The notes under the pieces: generated by a model
Told to the model about the DNA's origin: nothing
The model's database searches: none
The model's input: the letters and a program-made list of their open reading frames with translations, nothing else
In this document: one piece after another, positions 54,322 to 64,000 of the stretch
Layout of the letters: every line of letters begins with the position of its first letter
Position numbering within the stretch: the first letter of the stretch is position 1
Translations under genes and position numbers: made by a program
DNA from: Diplonema japonicum
Taxonomy: Eukaryota; Protista; Euglenozoa: Diplonemea
Assembly (NCBI GenBank): GCA_964019335.1
Contig: OZ025663.1
Coordinates: forward strand, 186,001-250,000
Reading direction: 5' to 3'
DNA length: 64,000 nucleotides

Positions 54322-54687
54322 ATGCTCTCTCAGCACGACACCGAAGACGGCAATGATGCCTACTACGTGTGTTTCTTTGTGCTGCTTTTTATTTTCATTG
54401 TTTCCCACGATCTTGGGTACGATGGTGTTTTAGTCTTTACAGAGCTTGCTTTCTGCTGCCTCGCACTGGCGAAATTATTCAAATACACGGAGGCCCCAAG
54501 AAGGTCAAGGGAGAGAGATCCAATGAGAACGTTCATTTTATGCGTGATAGGTGTTTGTGTGACATTGTTTTTGGGGCTGGTCGTTACCGGGAGAGCAGGC
54601 AAACCCAAGCCGTATGATGAACGAAAATCGTTGCTCTTGGAAGTTGTCGTGAGAGGACTTTTGGCACTTCTGTTTGGGGGGCATTAG
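54322..54687 (+). CDS. Small membrane protein, HDLGYD family member 1
   Basis: SHDLGYDGV between TM segments; FLGLVVTGR shared with member 2. Confidence 0.7.
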   Translation: MLSQHDTEDGNDAYYVCFFVLLFIFIVSHDLGYDGVLVFTELAFCCLALAKLFKYTEAPRRSRERDPMRTFILCVIGVCVTLFLGLVVTGRAGKPKPYDERKSLLLEVVVRGLLALLFGGH

Positions 54688-54743
54688 ACAAAAAAAGAAG
54701 GGGGGGGGAAAAAAAAAGGAGGGTTGTTAAAGTTTCAGGGGAG

Positions 54744-55079
54744 ATGGATGCCGATGACTGGTGGATCCCTAAAACTGCTGCTGTTATTCTTCTTATTCTG
54801 ATGCTCTCTCATGATCTTGGCTACGATGGTGTGTTCTGGCTCACGTGTGCCATCATGCTTGTGCTGCTCCTCGTGCTGCTGTTCAAGTGCAACCAGCACT
54901 CCCTCTCGGCCCCGAACTATGTCACCTACCGCCTCCCTATCCTTGCGGTTCTTGCTGTCGTGGCCATGGTGTTCCTTGGACTGGTAGTTACGGGACGGCA
55001 TCCCCCACTCCTACCGAAAAAGCAACGTAGTTCAATGACCCTCGAATTTCTGAGTCTCGTTGCACAGACCAACAGGTAA
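54744..55079 (+). CDS. Small membrane protein, HDLGYD family member 2
   Basis: SHDLGYDGV, YRLP, FLGLVVTGR. Confidence 0.75.
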   Translation: MDADDWWIPKTAAVILLILMLSHDLGYDGVFWLTCAIMLVLLLVLLFKCNQHSLSAPNYVTYRLPILAVLAVVAMVFLGLVVTGRHPPLLPKKQRSSMTLEFLSLVAQTNR

Positions 55080-55478
55080 ATCGTAGATGTTTACCCCCCC
55101 TCCCCCCCTCCTCCCTCCCCTTTGTTATTGGAGAAGTTGCACAGCGCGTGCTCTATGATCTGCTCCATCGTCTCCACATGTGAGCAAGTATCAAATTTCT
55201 TGTTAAAGAACAAACTCAAATTGGCATGTAGTGAAGGGGCATCATTTTTAGCACCGCGTAAGAGCTGCACAGGGAATAAGGCCCTTACCCTCCCGGACCG
55301 AATTTAGGCGTCTCTCAGTTTCTGGAACTCACCCGAGACGATCGCAGTAAGAGAACGATGAACTATTGGAGGCCTGTCCACGGTGGGCACCAACCAGCGC
55401 ACCGAAAGAACTGGGTCGAGTTTTTTTTCTCGCCTTTTTTTTTTTTTTTTTTTTTTCCCTTCTCATGAACTGTCTAGG

Positions 55479-55796
55479 ATGGATCTTGAACGATGGATTG
55501 CAGTTCTATTAGGTTTAGCTGGCGTGATTCTCACCACCCATGACCTTGGCTACGACAGGGCGTTCTGGCAAGCCAGCGGGTTCATGATTGCCTTCCTGAT
55601 CTACGCAACTCTTTATGCAGGTGACAGCCCACACTCTCCCATGTGGAAGTTTTGCGTTTACCGCCTTCCTTTCGTCGTTTTTCTAACCTGGTCCTTCACG
55701 CATTTTCTTAAGGGGAATGTGCCCGATCTCTCGCCACACAACGCGCGCTCATCGTGGTGGGCGGCCGTGATACAAGTTTTAGAAGCATTTGCATGA
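55479..55796 (+). CDS. Small membrane protein, HDLGYD family member 3
   Basis: THDLGYD, YRLP; ATG follows a pyrimidine tract and AG. Confidence 0.7.
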   Translation: MDLERWIAVLLGLAGVILTTHDLGYDRAFWQASGFMIAFLIYATLYAGDSPHSPMWKFCVYRLPFVVFLTWSFTHFLKGNVPDLSPHNARSSWWAAVIQVLEAFA

Positions 55797-56081
55797 AGTG
55801 TGGAACGGGGAGAAAAAAAAAAAAGAGAGAAGAAAAAAAAAGAAAAAAAAAAAACGGAAAAAAAAAACGAAGTGTTTCAGTGAAGAATGAAAAAAAAAGA
55901 TGGAGAAAAAAAAAAACGAGAACCCCTACCCTCTACCGTCTAACTTTTACGTATTTCATTTAACGAAAGACGGAAGAAGAAAAAAAGGGGGAGGGGGGGG
56001 AAGAAAAAAACTGCAACCATGGAAGAAGGGGGGGGGGGGGGGACCCAAAAGAAAAAGAGAAAAAAACGAGGGGGGGCAAAA

Positions 56082-56516
56082 ATGAGTAATTACCTAAAAA
56101 GTGTTGTAAGCTTAGATGCATGCCAGATGTCTGAAGACCTCTATTCCACGGAAAGATTCGTTCAAAGAGCCCAAAAGACTACAGGCGGCGAGGAAAGAAT
56201 GAAAAATGTGAAACTCGCATATAAAAAACAGCTGGAGGCCTACGCAAGGGAGGTGGAAGAGGTGAGAACCGCCGATGCCGAAGAAGAACGGGAAGTGGAG
56301 AGGTACCATGAAACAACGCGGGCAAACGTAGAACTAACCCAACGGTTAAACAAGCAAAAGGAAAACCACCGTCAAAAAAAGCTCACGGAGCAAAGGGAAA
56401 AGGATCTGAAGAAACAACAACGAGCCCCGCACCCCATCGATCTGATACATGGGAAGATCCGACAAGAAATTCAAAGCAACAAGCTACGAGCCCAACTAAG
56501 TATGAATAATATATAA
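56082..56516 (+). CDS. Small coiled-coil protein
   Basis: 144-aa charged helical ORF after a purine-rich leader. Confidence 0.6.
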   Translation: MSNYLKSVVSLDACQMSEDLYSTERFVQRAQKTTGGEERMKNVKLAYKKQLEAYAREVEEVRTADAEEEREVERYHETTRANVELTQRLNKQKENHRQKKLTEQREKDLKKQQRAPHPIDLIHGKIRQEIQSNKLRAQLSMNNI

Positions 56517-56645
56517 ATATAAACAAAATGACACCATATTTTCATATGAGTTTCTTATTTCCTCATTATACTCTGTGCAACACCATTATGGTAAAACCCG
56601 CTAACACCGCAAAAGAGGAAAAAAAAAAAAAAAAAAAAAAAAAAA

Positions 56646-57707
56646 ATGAAACGAAAAGCAGACGAAGGGGAACCATGTGCGGCACTGACCCCACCGTTCC
56701 GTAACTTCCAAAAGGCGTCAAATGTATCTGTCCAGGAACTGAAACCGATAAAAGGATCGGACAACTTGTATGAGGTGGTCAATAGTCCGTACGGCACGAC
56801 GAGGAACACCCGCTACGGCTGGGGAAACGTGTTTAAAAAAATCCCGGCCGTCCCGAAAGACCAGCGGATCCACATAGGGTTGAGCAGTTTAAATGCTGTG
56901 CCCATGCCAGGGGGGAGAACTTCCCGGGATATGAAACAGTTATTTTGCGTATACGGCGGTAAATTCAAAGCACTGGAACACTGTGCAACGTTTTACAGGC
57001 TGAACGAGGAAAACTCGTGGAAATCTTGGAGAGAGATGGCGCGATCAGCCGGCGGTTCGAAATTCAAAATAACGGTGAAGGCGCACAAGAACCTCACCCA
57101 CGAGTCGATGCTTGCTTTGACAGACGATACCCGGGCACATATAATAGATTTTGTACAAAAACTACGGTTGTTGGGCGATAACCTCGGAGCTGTATTAATG
57201 CAGCTTCCTGCTTCGTTTAAGTACTCTGATGAGAATCTGAAGAGGTTGTCCGATCTAGGAAGCGTGCTTCCAAAGGACATTAATTTCGCCTTTGACTTCA
57301 GGTCTCCATCGATGTTCACAGAAAAGGTGTACAGCGTGCTCCGGGAGAACAACTGGGCAACGGTGCTGTACCACCTTACCGATGTGAACAAGGACTTCAC
57401 AACCCCTTACGTCAACACCTCTGACAGCGTTGTTTACATCCGTCTTCACGGATCTGTGCAGCAGTTCTCTGGTGATTACGGCGATGCCTACCTCTCCAAG
57501 TGGGCGGAGTACATCAATACCCTCCTCAAGGCAGACACTACAAGGGACATCTACGTTTTTTTCAACAACAACGAATCTCAGTCTGTCAAGGTCCCGAGTT
57601 CCATCGTTGACTCCACGTGCCTCGCCACGCTGCTCAACAACAGCGAGGAGAAGACGGCGGCGCAACCTGCGCCGAAAAAGATAAAAGTCGAAATCGAGCT
57701 TGACTGA
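56646..57707 (+). CDS. DUF72 (UPF0759/YecE-like) TIM-barrel protein
   Basis: ATFYRL, FKITVKAHKNLTH, LGAVLMQLPASF, AFDFRSPS, YIRLHG, YVFFNN. Confidence 0.9.
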   Translation: MKRKADEGEPCAALTPPFRNFQKASNVSVQELKPIKGSDNLYEVVNSPYGTTRNTRYGWGNVFKKIPAVPKDQRIHIGLSSLNAVPMPGGRTSRDMKQLFCVYGGKFKALEHCATFYRLNEENSWKSWREMARSAGGSKFKITVKAHKNLTHESMLALTDDTRAHIIDFVQKLRLLGDNLGAVLMQLPASFKYSDENLKRLSDLGSVLPKDINFAFDFRSPSMFTEKVYSVLRENNWATVLYHLTDVNKDFTTPYVNTSDSVVYIRLHGSVQQFSGDYGDAYLSKWAEYINTLLKADTTRDIYVFFNNNESQSVKVPSSIVDSTCLATLLNNSEEKTAAQPAPKKIKVEIELD

Positions 57708-57731
57708 GCCTGACTTTTTTCTCTCTCCCTA

Positions 57732-57949
57732 GGCTATGTTGGCAAAGGAAACGCGTTTCCAAGTTTTCTTTTTTTTTTTTTTCGCTTTTTTTTTTTGAAA
57801 ATACGGAAACGGAAACGGATATGCAAACCCGTTACGGAAACGGATATGCAAACCCGTTTCCTTATTTGGGGCCGTTCCCTTAAGAAGGGGACACGTTTCC
57901 TTAAGTATCTGAAAATATGGAAACGGAAACGTTTCTTGCCAACATAGCC
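57732..57949. mobile_element. MITE-like element (218 bp)
   Basis: Perfect 14-bp TIR GGCTATGTTGGCAA / TTGCCAACATAGCC; internal 25-nt tandem duplication (57809-57858); many GGAAAC motifs. Confidence 0.7.
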
Positions 57950-58104
57950 CCCCCTCCCCTCCCTCTCTCACTTAGAAGCACACCATCGTGTTTAGCCCAT
58001 TTCTTATTGACACTTGGTGATAGTTGTGTATGTTAGAATTAAAGTTTCTACTTCCCCCCCTCCCGTTGTATTAGCTTGCACCTCTTTTTTTAAATATGGG
58101 TCGA

Positions 58105-59483
58105 TTTCAAACCCCCCCCCAAAAAAATGAGGCCAATTGACACTTTCGTTGCATCTTTGGGCATGCCGCCCCCTTTAAAAAAAATTCTTCATATTTCCCG
58201 GCCCATATTAGGAAAGAACCCGGGTCAGAAATTGCTCAAGAGTGCTATTTTGACCTATGAAAAATTCAGTCTTAGGTTAAAAATCGGGTTTTAGTGGTTT
58301 TGGTAAAGTCAGAGAGTATGCTTTCAATAGCAAAAAATAGCGGAACTCACTACTAGAAGGTGGCTGAAATGATGTTGGAAGTGGAAACCTTCATTTCCTA
58401 GTCTTCTGCGGCTGAGATGTGCTGCTGCTGAGTGGGCGACCTCGTTTCTTTTTCATACTATTAGGCCTTCTACCGCATTTTGGGGGGTTTTAAGAGGCTC
58501 ATTCGTAGGTGTATTTGGTGCTTTGGGCTTGTCATGGGGTGTCGAGTATTTTTGTAATTTGGTTACTATTCTTTCTCGTTTTTCAAGTCCGGGAAGGCTA
58601 TCAGGAACGTCTGAGCTCATATGCACCTGTAAAATCCGGAAACTCAAGAATCTTCTTTTTGTACGGGCCAAAGACATCAGTAACTACATGCACGGCGCAC
58701 CGTATCGTATTGGTGATGTTAGCTATTTGTTCCACAGTTTTAATTGTTGTGGAACGAGGCACCCAAAGCCAAACACGAGAGAGCACACCAAAATGGCTGT
58801 CCCTGCTGTTTTTGCCGTGTTTCTCCCCCAGAAACCACAGGGAAAACGTCCGATCAGGATAAACATAACGAAGACCAAAAAGAACAAAGTAGCAAAATTC
58901 CTTTGCACGAAAGTGACGCCCACCGTCACTCCATTTTTTTCTTTATTTTTTTCTGTGCCCATGCTACTGTGGAACAAGACTTTTCCAACAGTAAGGCCAT
59001 TTCATCATGTGTGGCGCCGTGTGGTGTTTTGTTGGCTACTAAATCAACCAGAAAATGATAGCAAAAGTGCCGCTAGAATTTCCCCTTTTCACACTACGTC
59101 ACAAACTAGTGCAGCACAGTCGTTGCCACTGAGCTTCTCAAGAACCTCTGTGGCGAGTGTCCTGATCGCCGTGGTGTTCCCATTTACCCTTTCTCGGTCC
59201 GAATACCATTTTTTTTTACCCCTAGCTTCTCAACAGCAAGTTTAAAAGCATCCGTTTTTGTCACCCCCTCTTTTACTCAATTTGTGCAAAGTGAAAAAAC
59301 CCATTTTTGCCCTAGGACTGAATTTTCTGGGTACTAGTAACACTCACTTTCCCATTTTCTGGGGTGTTTCCTTTCCTAACCTGGGCCGGGAAAGTTGTAG
59401 AATTTTTTTCTTTGGGAAAAAGTACTTAGAGAAATATTGAAAGTGTCAATTGGCCTCATTTTTTTTGGGGGGGGTTTTTGAAA
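58105..59483. mobile_element. Non-autonomous long-TIR element (~1.4 kb; Mutator/foldback-like)
   Basis: AAAAAAATGAGGCCAATTGACACTTTC (58121-58147) is inverted at 59439-59465; imperfect inverted similarity extends ~190 bp inward. Confidence 0.7.
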
Positions 59484-59592
59484 CGGTGCCTATAAATTTC
59501 ACCAGAGGCAGAACAAAGTGCACGAAAAAAAAAAAAAAAAAAAGGAAAAGGAAACAGCGAATTAAAAAAAAAAAAAAAAAAAAAAAAAGAAA

Positions 59593-60966
59593 ATGGCAGA
59601 CATAGATCCGTTTGCAATCGTTGTGAAGCTGGTTTCCGGACAGATAGATTTGAACAACTATCCGGGGACAGTGGCCGCGCTGGGGAGTGCAACAGGGGCT
59701 GTGTTGATGGCCAGCCGCGCTGGGATGATATCATGGTTCATGGAATGCATAGCGATCCGCAAGGTGGTCCGGGACAAGCTTAACAGGATACCACAGCCTA
59801 GCGAAGAATACACGCGTCCCAGTGTGCACGAACTGGGGGCCTCTCTGAGGGGATACCGCGAGCAGTTCCAGAATACCTGTGAGAGCGCCTTTGTGCTACT
59901 AAGCGGACCAGAAGCGTCTGGGAAGACCTCGGCAGTGAGGCATGCCTTCAGTAACACCTCTGGCACCCTGATGCTGCGAACGGTGATCAACCCGCAATCA
60001 AAGGGTCCTATGGAGAGCATCAATGAGGCACTGCTGATGGAGTTTGGAAGCGTAGCACAAAAACAGAAATTAGAGTGCATCATCACAAAGGCCGACTGGA
60101 TCTCCCGTATGCCCTCGCCCGTAGGGAACGGTGTGCCGCTCCTCCTCTACTGGTCCATTAGCGTTAGTAAGACGGCCACCTTAGAGGAGCTGAAGCTAGT
60201 AGCACATCACATTGCTTTCAACGCAAAGAGTATCACCCACGATAACCCAGGCCGTAGCATTCCTCTTGTCGTGGAGATCTCTCATCCTGTCCTGGGCTTC
60301 CTCATTCCGCGGGTCCACAACTGGTGTACACAGTTCTACGTGCACAGTTCGTCTTTTGAAGACTTGCTCAACGCTTTCGATGAGAATTTGAAAAAAGAGA
60401 TTTTTATACGCCATCATCAAAGCGAGCTGTTCATCAACAAGCTGTTGAGCGGCACGGAAACACAAGAAGAGGAAGACGGCGTGGGGAACAGGAGGGCCTT
60501 GGGGAAAGAATGCGAAGCCGCCCTCAAGTTGTTCTACTCGTACTTCGGAAGCCACCTGCGGGAACTACAGGGTGTCCTTGAAGATGTCATGGCGAAAACC
60601 AAAGAAGACTGCACCTCACAGGAGTTGCTGGAAGAGTTCGAACTGGTATTAAAGGAAAGGTACACAGAGTATGTGCTCCAGTGGAACCAAATCGGTCTCA
60701 CTCCGGAGCAAGAGGCTGTTTGCACCGAAATCGCAAAGGCAGGACCCTCAGGTTTCAGGGTAGGTGAAAGCATAGACAAACTGGAACACATTGTTGAGAT
60801 ATGTAACTCTCCCAACTCCTTGAGGCTGCTCCGTAGACAGGACGGTTACACGTTTATATCTAAGATGGCACACGTGCGCCACCTTCTCTCAAAAAACGCT
60901 GGTGCTGGAGGTGTGTTGGCAGAGATGGATGCCTGTAAATGGTTTGATAAAACTACACACGCTTAG
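59593..60966 (+). CDS. P-loop NTPase-like protein
   Basis: Walker A VLLSGPEASGKT; hydrophobic N-terminal segment; possible degenerate Walker B PLVVE. Confidence 0.65.
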   Translation: MADIDPFAIVVKLVSGQIDLNNYPGTVAALGSATGAVLMASRAGMISWFMECIAIRKVVRDKLNRIPQPSEEYTRPSVHELGASLRGYREQFQNTCESAFVLLSGPEASGKTSAVRHAFSNTSGTLMLRTVINPQSKGPMESINEALLMEFGSVAQKQKLECIITKADWISRMPSPVGNGVPLLLYWSISVSKTATLEELKLVAHHIAFNAKSITHDNPGRSIPLVVEISHPVLGFLIPRVHNWCTQFYVHSSSFEDLLNAFDENLKKEIFIRHHQSELFINKLLSGTETQEEEDGVGNRRALGKECEAALKLFYSYFGSHLRELQGVLEDVMAKTKEDCTSQELLEEFELVLKERYTEYVLQWNQIGLTPEQEAVCTEIAKAGPSGFRVGESIDKLEHIVEICNSPNSLRLLRRQDGYTFISKMAHVRHLLSKNAGAGGVLAEMDACKWFDKTTHA

Positions 60967-61087
60967 TGGAGGGAATTTTTTTTTTTTTTGTCTTACCGAT
61001 CGTATGAAAGAAACACCCTCCCTTTCTTTCTTTTTCCCCCCAACGGCACAATTGATCTCATAATTTCACAAAAGAATATAAGAAAAT

Positions 61088-61122
<35 letters not shown>

Positions 61123-61543
61123 TGTGTCGGAATGCTTCTATTGCCGGGTCAGGTAGCCTCGCGTTTCCCCCCCCCCCTTTTTTTATTTTGTAAAGAAAAC
61201 CGAAAAATACCGTTTTGTTGACATCTGTTGTGGTCCCCAGCGAAAAAGGAGGGAAAAAAAAATGCCAAAAAGCATTATAATCTCTTGATGTGATTGTGTT
61301 TCCTTATTTTCTTTTTTTTCTAAATGTCTCTCTTTTTTTTTTTTTTTTTTTTAAGAACCCCCTAGGGTGGTCCTCAAGTGGGATTTGCCCTTAAGCACCC
61401 CCCCCCCCCCCCCCCTGTACGCGCACGTAGAAAACATTTCCGCTACCGTGCATTCGAGAATCTATGAATCTCTTAAAAAAATTTTTTTCGCCCTGCCCCG
61501 CTCGTTCCCCTCCCCCTTTTTTTTTTGTTCTTCTTTTTACATT

Positions 61544-61580
<37 letters not shown>

Positions 61581-61682
61581 GCATGCGGCTTTTGCTCTGG
61601 GAGTTTGCATGTTAATTTGAGTTTTTTATTTCCGTTCCGGAAAAACTATCAAGACGGGAGGGGGAGGAAAACAAAACAAAAA

Positions 61683-61714
<32 letters not shown>

Positions 61715-61715
<1 letters not shown>

Positions 61716-62743
61716 TGGAACCAAGCGTGAAGATAAAAACAGAGTCGACAGTGAACACGGCGACAATACGATGGGAGCCGCCGGTTGAAGGGGTGTGCAA
61801 CCTGCACGGGTGGGAAAAAAAGGGAACCGGCGTTGTGAGCTTCGGGATGCTCCCCCCCGACACCCAATGGGAGGTCGTTGTAAATATAGGCAACCAAGGC
61901 GTCCGCCTACAAGGCGAGACAGGAGAATGGAATGAGGTCGACTACGCCGACGACAACGGCGACACACCTGACTCTAGATTGTATGTTTCTCCAAAGCACT
62001 CCGACCTAAGCTGGGTACGCAACATCCCAAGCGATATCCTGATCGGTTATGAGCAGGAGATCTTCACATCACCATCGTTCGTACACCGCCTCTTCGCAGA
62101 GGCACTCTTCGTGCTGCCGATGAAATCACAACTTGTCATCCTCCCAAACCCCATGAAACGTTTCAGCATCGACCTCAGCAAGGAAATCGATTGGTCATCG
62201 TCAAGAAGAATGCATAAAAACCGTCTTAAAAAATACCGCCTCTCCATCGATCATGATTTCAAGAACAGTTTGCGGCTTGTCAGTGAAGCGCATTCTGCTA
62301 AGGTGGGTTCTGGGAAGTGGATCACAGACAAGCTAATTGACCTCCTGTCTGGATTCAACAAGCATAACGCACAGAATGAAATACAACATCATGCCTTTGA
62401 GCTTTGGGAGGGTGACGCAATCGTGGCGGTTTCAGTTGGGTTCTCTTATGGACGGGTCTACCACGACTATACACACGCAACTTTGGATAGAGGCGATTCG
62501 CGAACCGGAACTTTGCTGACGAAAGTAGTTGGTGATCACTTGCAAAAATGCGGTTATGCTCTCTGGTATTGGGGGCAGGTGTCTGAAGGGACATCATACA
62601 TGGCGGACTATATTGGGAAATACGGCGGCGGGGAACTCTCACGGGAAGGGTTCTACGCACGGTGGGACGTTTTAAAAACAGAATCCGCACGGCCTCTTCA
62701 TGAACCTCTTGATCTTGGTGAAACCTTGGTTGCCAAAAAATAA
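61715..62743 (+). CDS. Leu/Phe-tRNA-protein transferase-like protein with N-terminal FN3-like segment
   Basis: YRLSIDHDF, WITDKL, HAFELWEGDAIVA..GFSYGRVY, GTL...HLQKCGYALW.WG...YM...G..LSREGF. Confidence 0.8.
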
Positions 62744-63492
62744 AAGTGGGGGGGGGGAAAGTCACGCCCGAGCTTTTTTTTCTTTTTTTTATTTCCAGCT
62801 GCCGTTATCCTTCTTTTTCTTCTTTCTTTTGTTGATATCACGCGGGAAGAAAATAAAAGGGGGAGAAAAGAATAGAGGAAAAAAAAAAAAGATTCTCCCT
62901 TTCCCCCTTTTTTTCGGTGATTGGGAAGGAGAGATGAAAGTGAAAGAGAATAAAGAAATGGAAACAAAAAAGAAAAAAAAGCCCCTTTTCGGCTAAGGCT
63001 TCGGTTAAATTGCGATTTGGCCACTTTTGTGCGCCCCCCCTCATAAGCGGTTGTCTTCTTCTGCTATTTATTTTTCTGAGTTTTTCAGAAAGGTATTCAT
63101 TGTTCAAAAGAAAAAGGGAAAAAAAAAAAGAATGAAAACTATGGGCCGAGGGGGAACAGAACACGGAGGGGAAAAAAAAAAGAAAAAGAAAAGGAAGAAA
63201 AAGAAAAAGAAAAGAAAAACGGAAAACCAAAAAAAAAAAAAAAGAAGAAGGAAAAAAAAAAAAAAAAAAACATAAATGAACATTTCCCCTTTCCCTTGCC
63301 ACATACTTTTCCCTCTTAGCTTTCCTGCAGCTGCTGCCATTGTCTTTCCGTTTCCCCCCTCAAGATCCCCCACCACACACACGCCCACACAACACTCTCA
63401 CCCGGAACCTGCCGTACTTCAACTGTAATGTGGCAATCTCCGCGATGGCAGAAAGTGTTCACAGGATGCATGCCCATACTGGCAAACTGAAT

Positions 63493-63534
<42 letters not shown>

Positions 63535-63596
63535 CAACCTTCCCAAAAAAAAAAAAAAGAGGGTGTGGGGGGAGGGAGGGCAAGGGGGGAAAAAAA

Positions 63597-64000
63597 ATGG
63601 TACTTCCACAAGAGGCAACCCTAATGCTGGAAGACCTGCGAGACCGGCTGCTACACATCAGCCGGACAAAACAAATAAGCGTTATCGAGCTACTGAGCCA
63701 CTACATCTTGGCGGGGGAAACGGAAATGCTGGCCGCTATACGGCAAAACAAGTCAAACACCCGCCCCGAAGATGCCACAAGCGCTGTAAACGAAGAAGCA
63801 GCCCTCGCCATGATACCCCACGCACCTATGGACAGACGGGTTTCTAAGTTTGCAGGTATGAGCGGCTCATTCCGATCCTTCCTGGGGAGGGATAAACAAA
63901 AACGGTCGTCTTTGATATCAAGTAAAATACCTGAAATAAACGATATAGTAAGCCAGTCGACGTACGGGATTGAAATAGAGGCGTTTGTCACGAAACAGTC
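63597..64000 (+). CDS. Hypothetical protein, 5' part (runs off the window)
   Basis: ATG after a purine-rich leader; frame MVLPQEATLMLEDLRDRLL... stays open to the window end (not listed in the ORF track). Confidence 0.65.
   Translation, partial: MVLPQEATLMLEDLRDRLLHISRTKQISVIELLSHYILAGETEMLAAIRQNKSNTRPEDATSAVNEEAALAMIPHAPMDRRVSKFAGMSGSFRSFLGRDKQKRSSLISSKIPEINDIVSQSTYGIEIEAFVTKQ

Noticed and set aside
58523-59245. 240-aa ORF inside the long-TIR element
   Set aside because: Non-ATG start and no DDE or other recognisable motif; probably a chance ORF.
1-64000. Many poly-F/poly-K/poly-P ORFs in the ORF track
   Set aside because: They are translations of intergenic homopolymer runs with no coding-like composition.

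Overview
Eukaryotic nuclear DNA from a flagellated protist. All ~38 credible genes lie on the + strand, separated by spacers full of poly(T)/poly(A)/poly(C)/poly(G) runs. This head-to-tail layout plus short GT-AG introns suggests a euglenozoan, possibly a diplonemid (inference, not proven). Genes recognised by eye: HGH1-like, POC5, ZFC3H1-like, a Patched-family transporter (5 exons reconstructed), a sphingosine kinase-like enzyme, Rab4, TMEM216-like, a DHHC palmitoyltransferase, SCP2, DUF72 and a Leu/Phe-tRNA-protein transferase-like protein. Most interesting: (1) five near-identical copies of an unrecognised 70-aa Cys/Arg-rich microprotein gene, homogenised from ATG to stop but with unrelated spacers, with a secreted MRH-like gene and a second microprotein inside the array; (2) ten 35-83 nt introns, most with A-rich rather than polypyrimidine 3' ends, one of them in-frame and encoding poly-Lys; (3) a surface receptor with nine GGNG/CxxC Ig-like repeats; (4) a stand-alone XMAP215 C-terminal-like protein; (5) a tandem 'HDLGYD' small membrane protein family; (6) three inverted-repeat elements. 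No searches were run: all family calls are motif recognition from memory, and homopolymer lengths may be unreliable.
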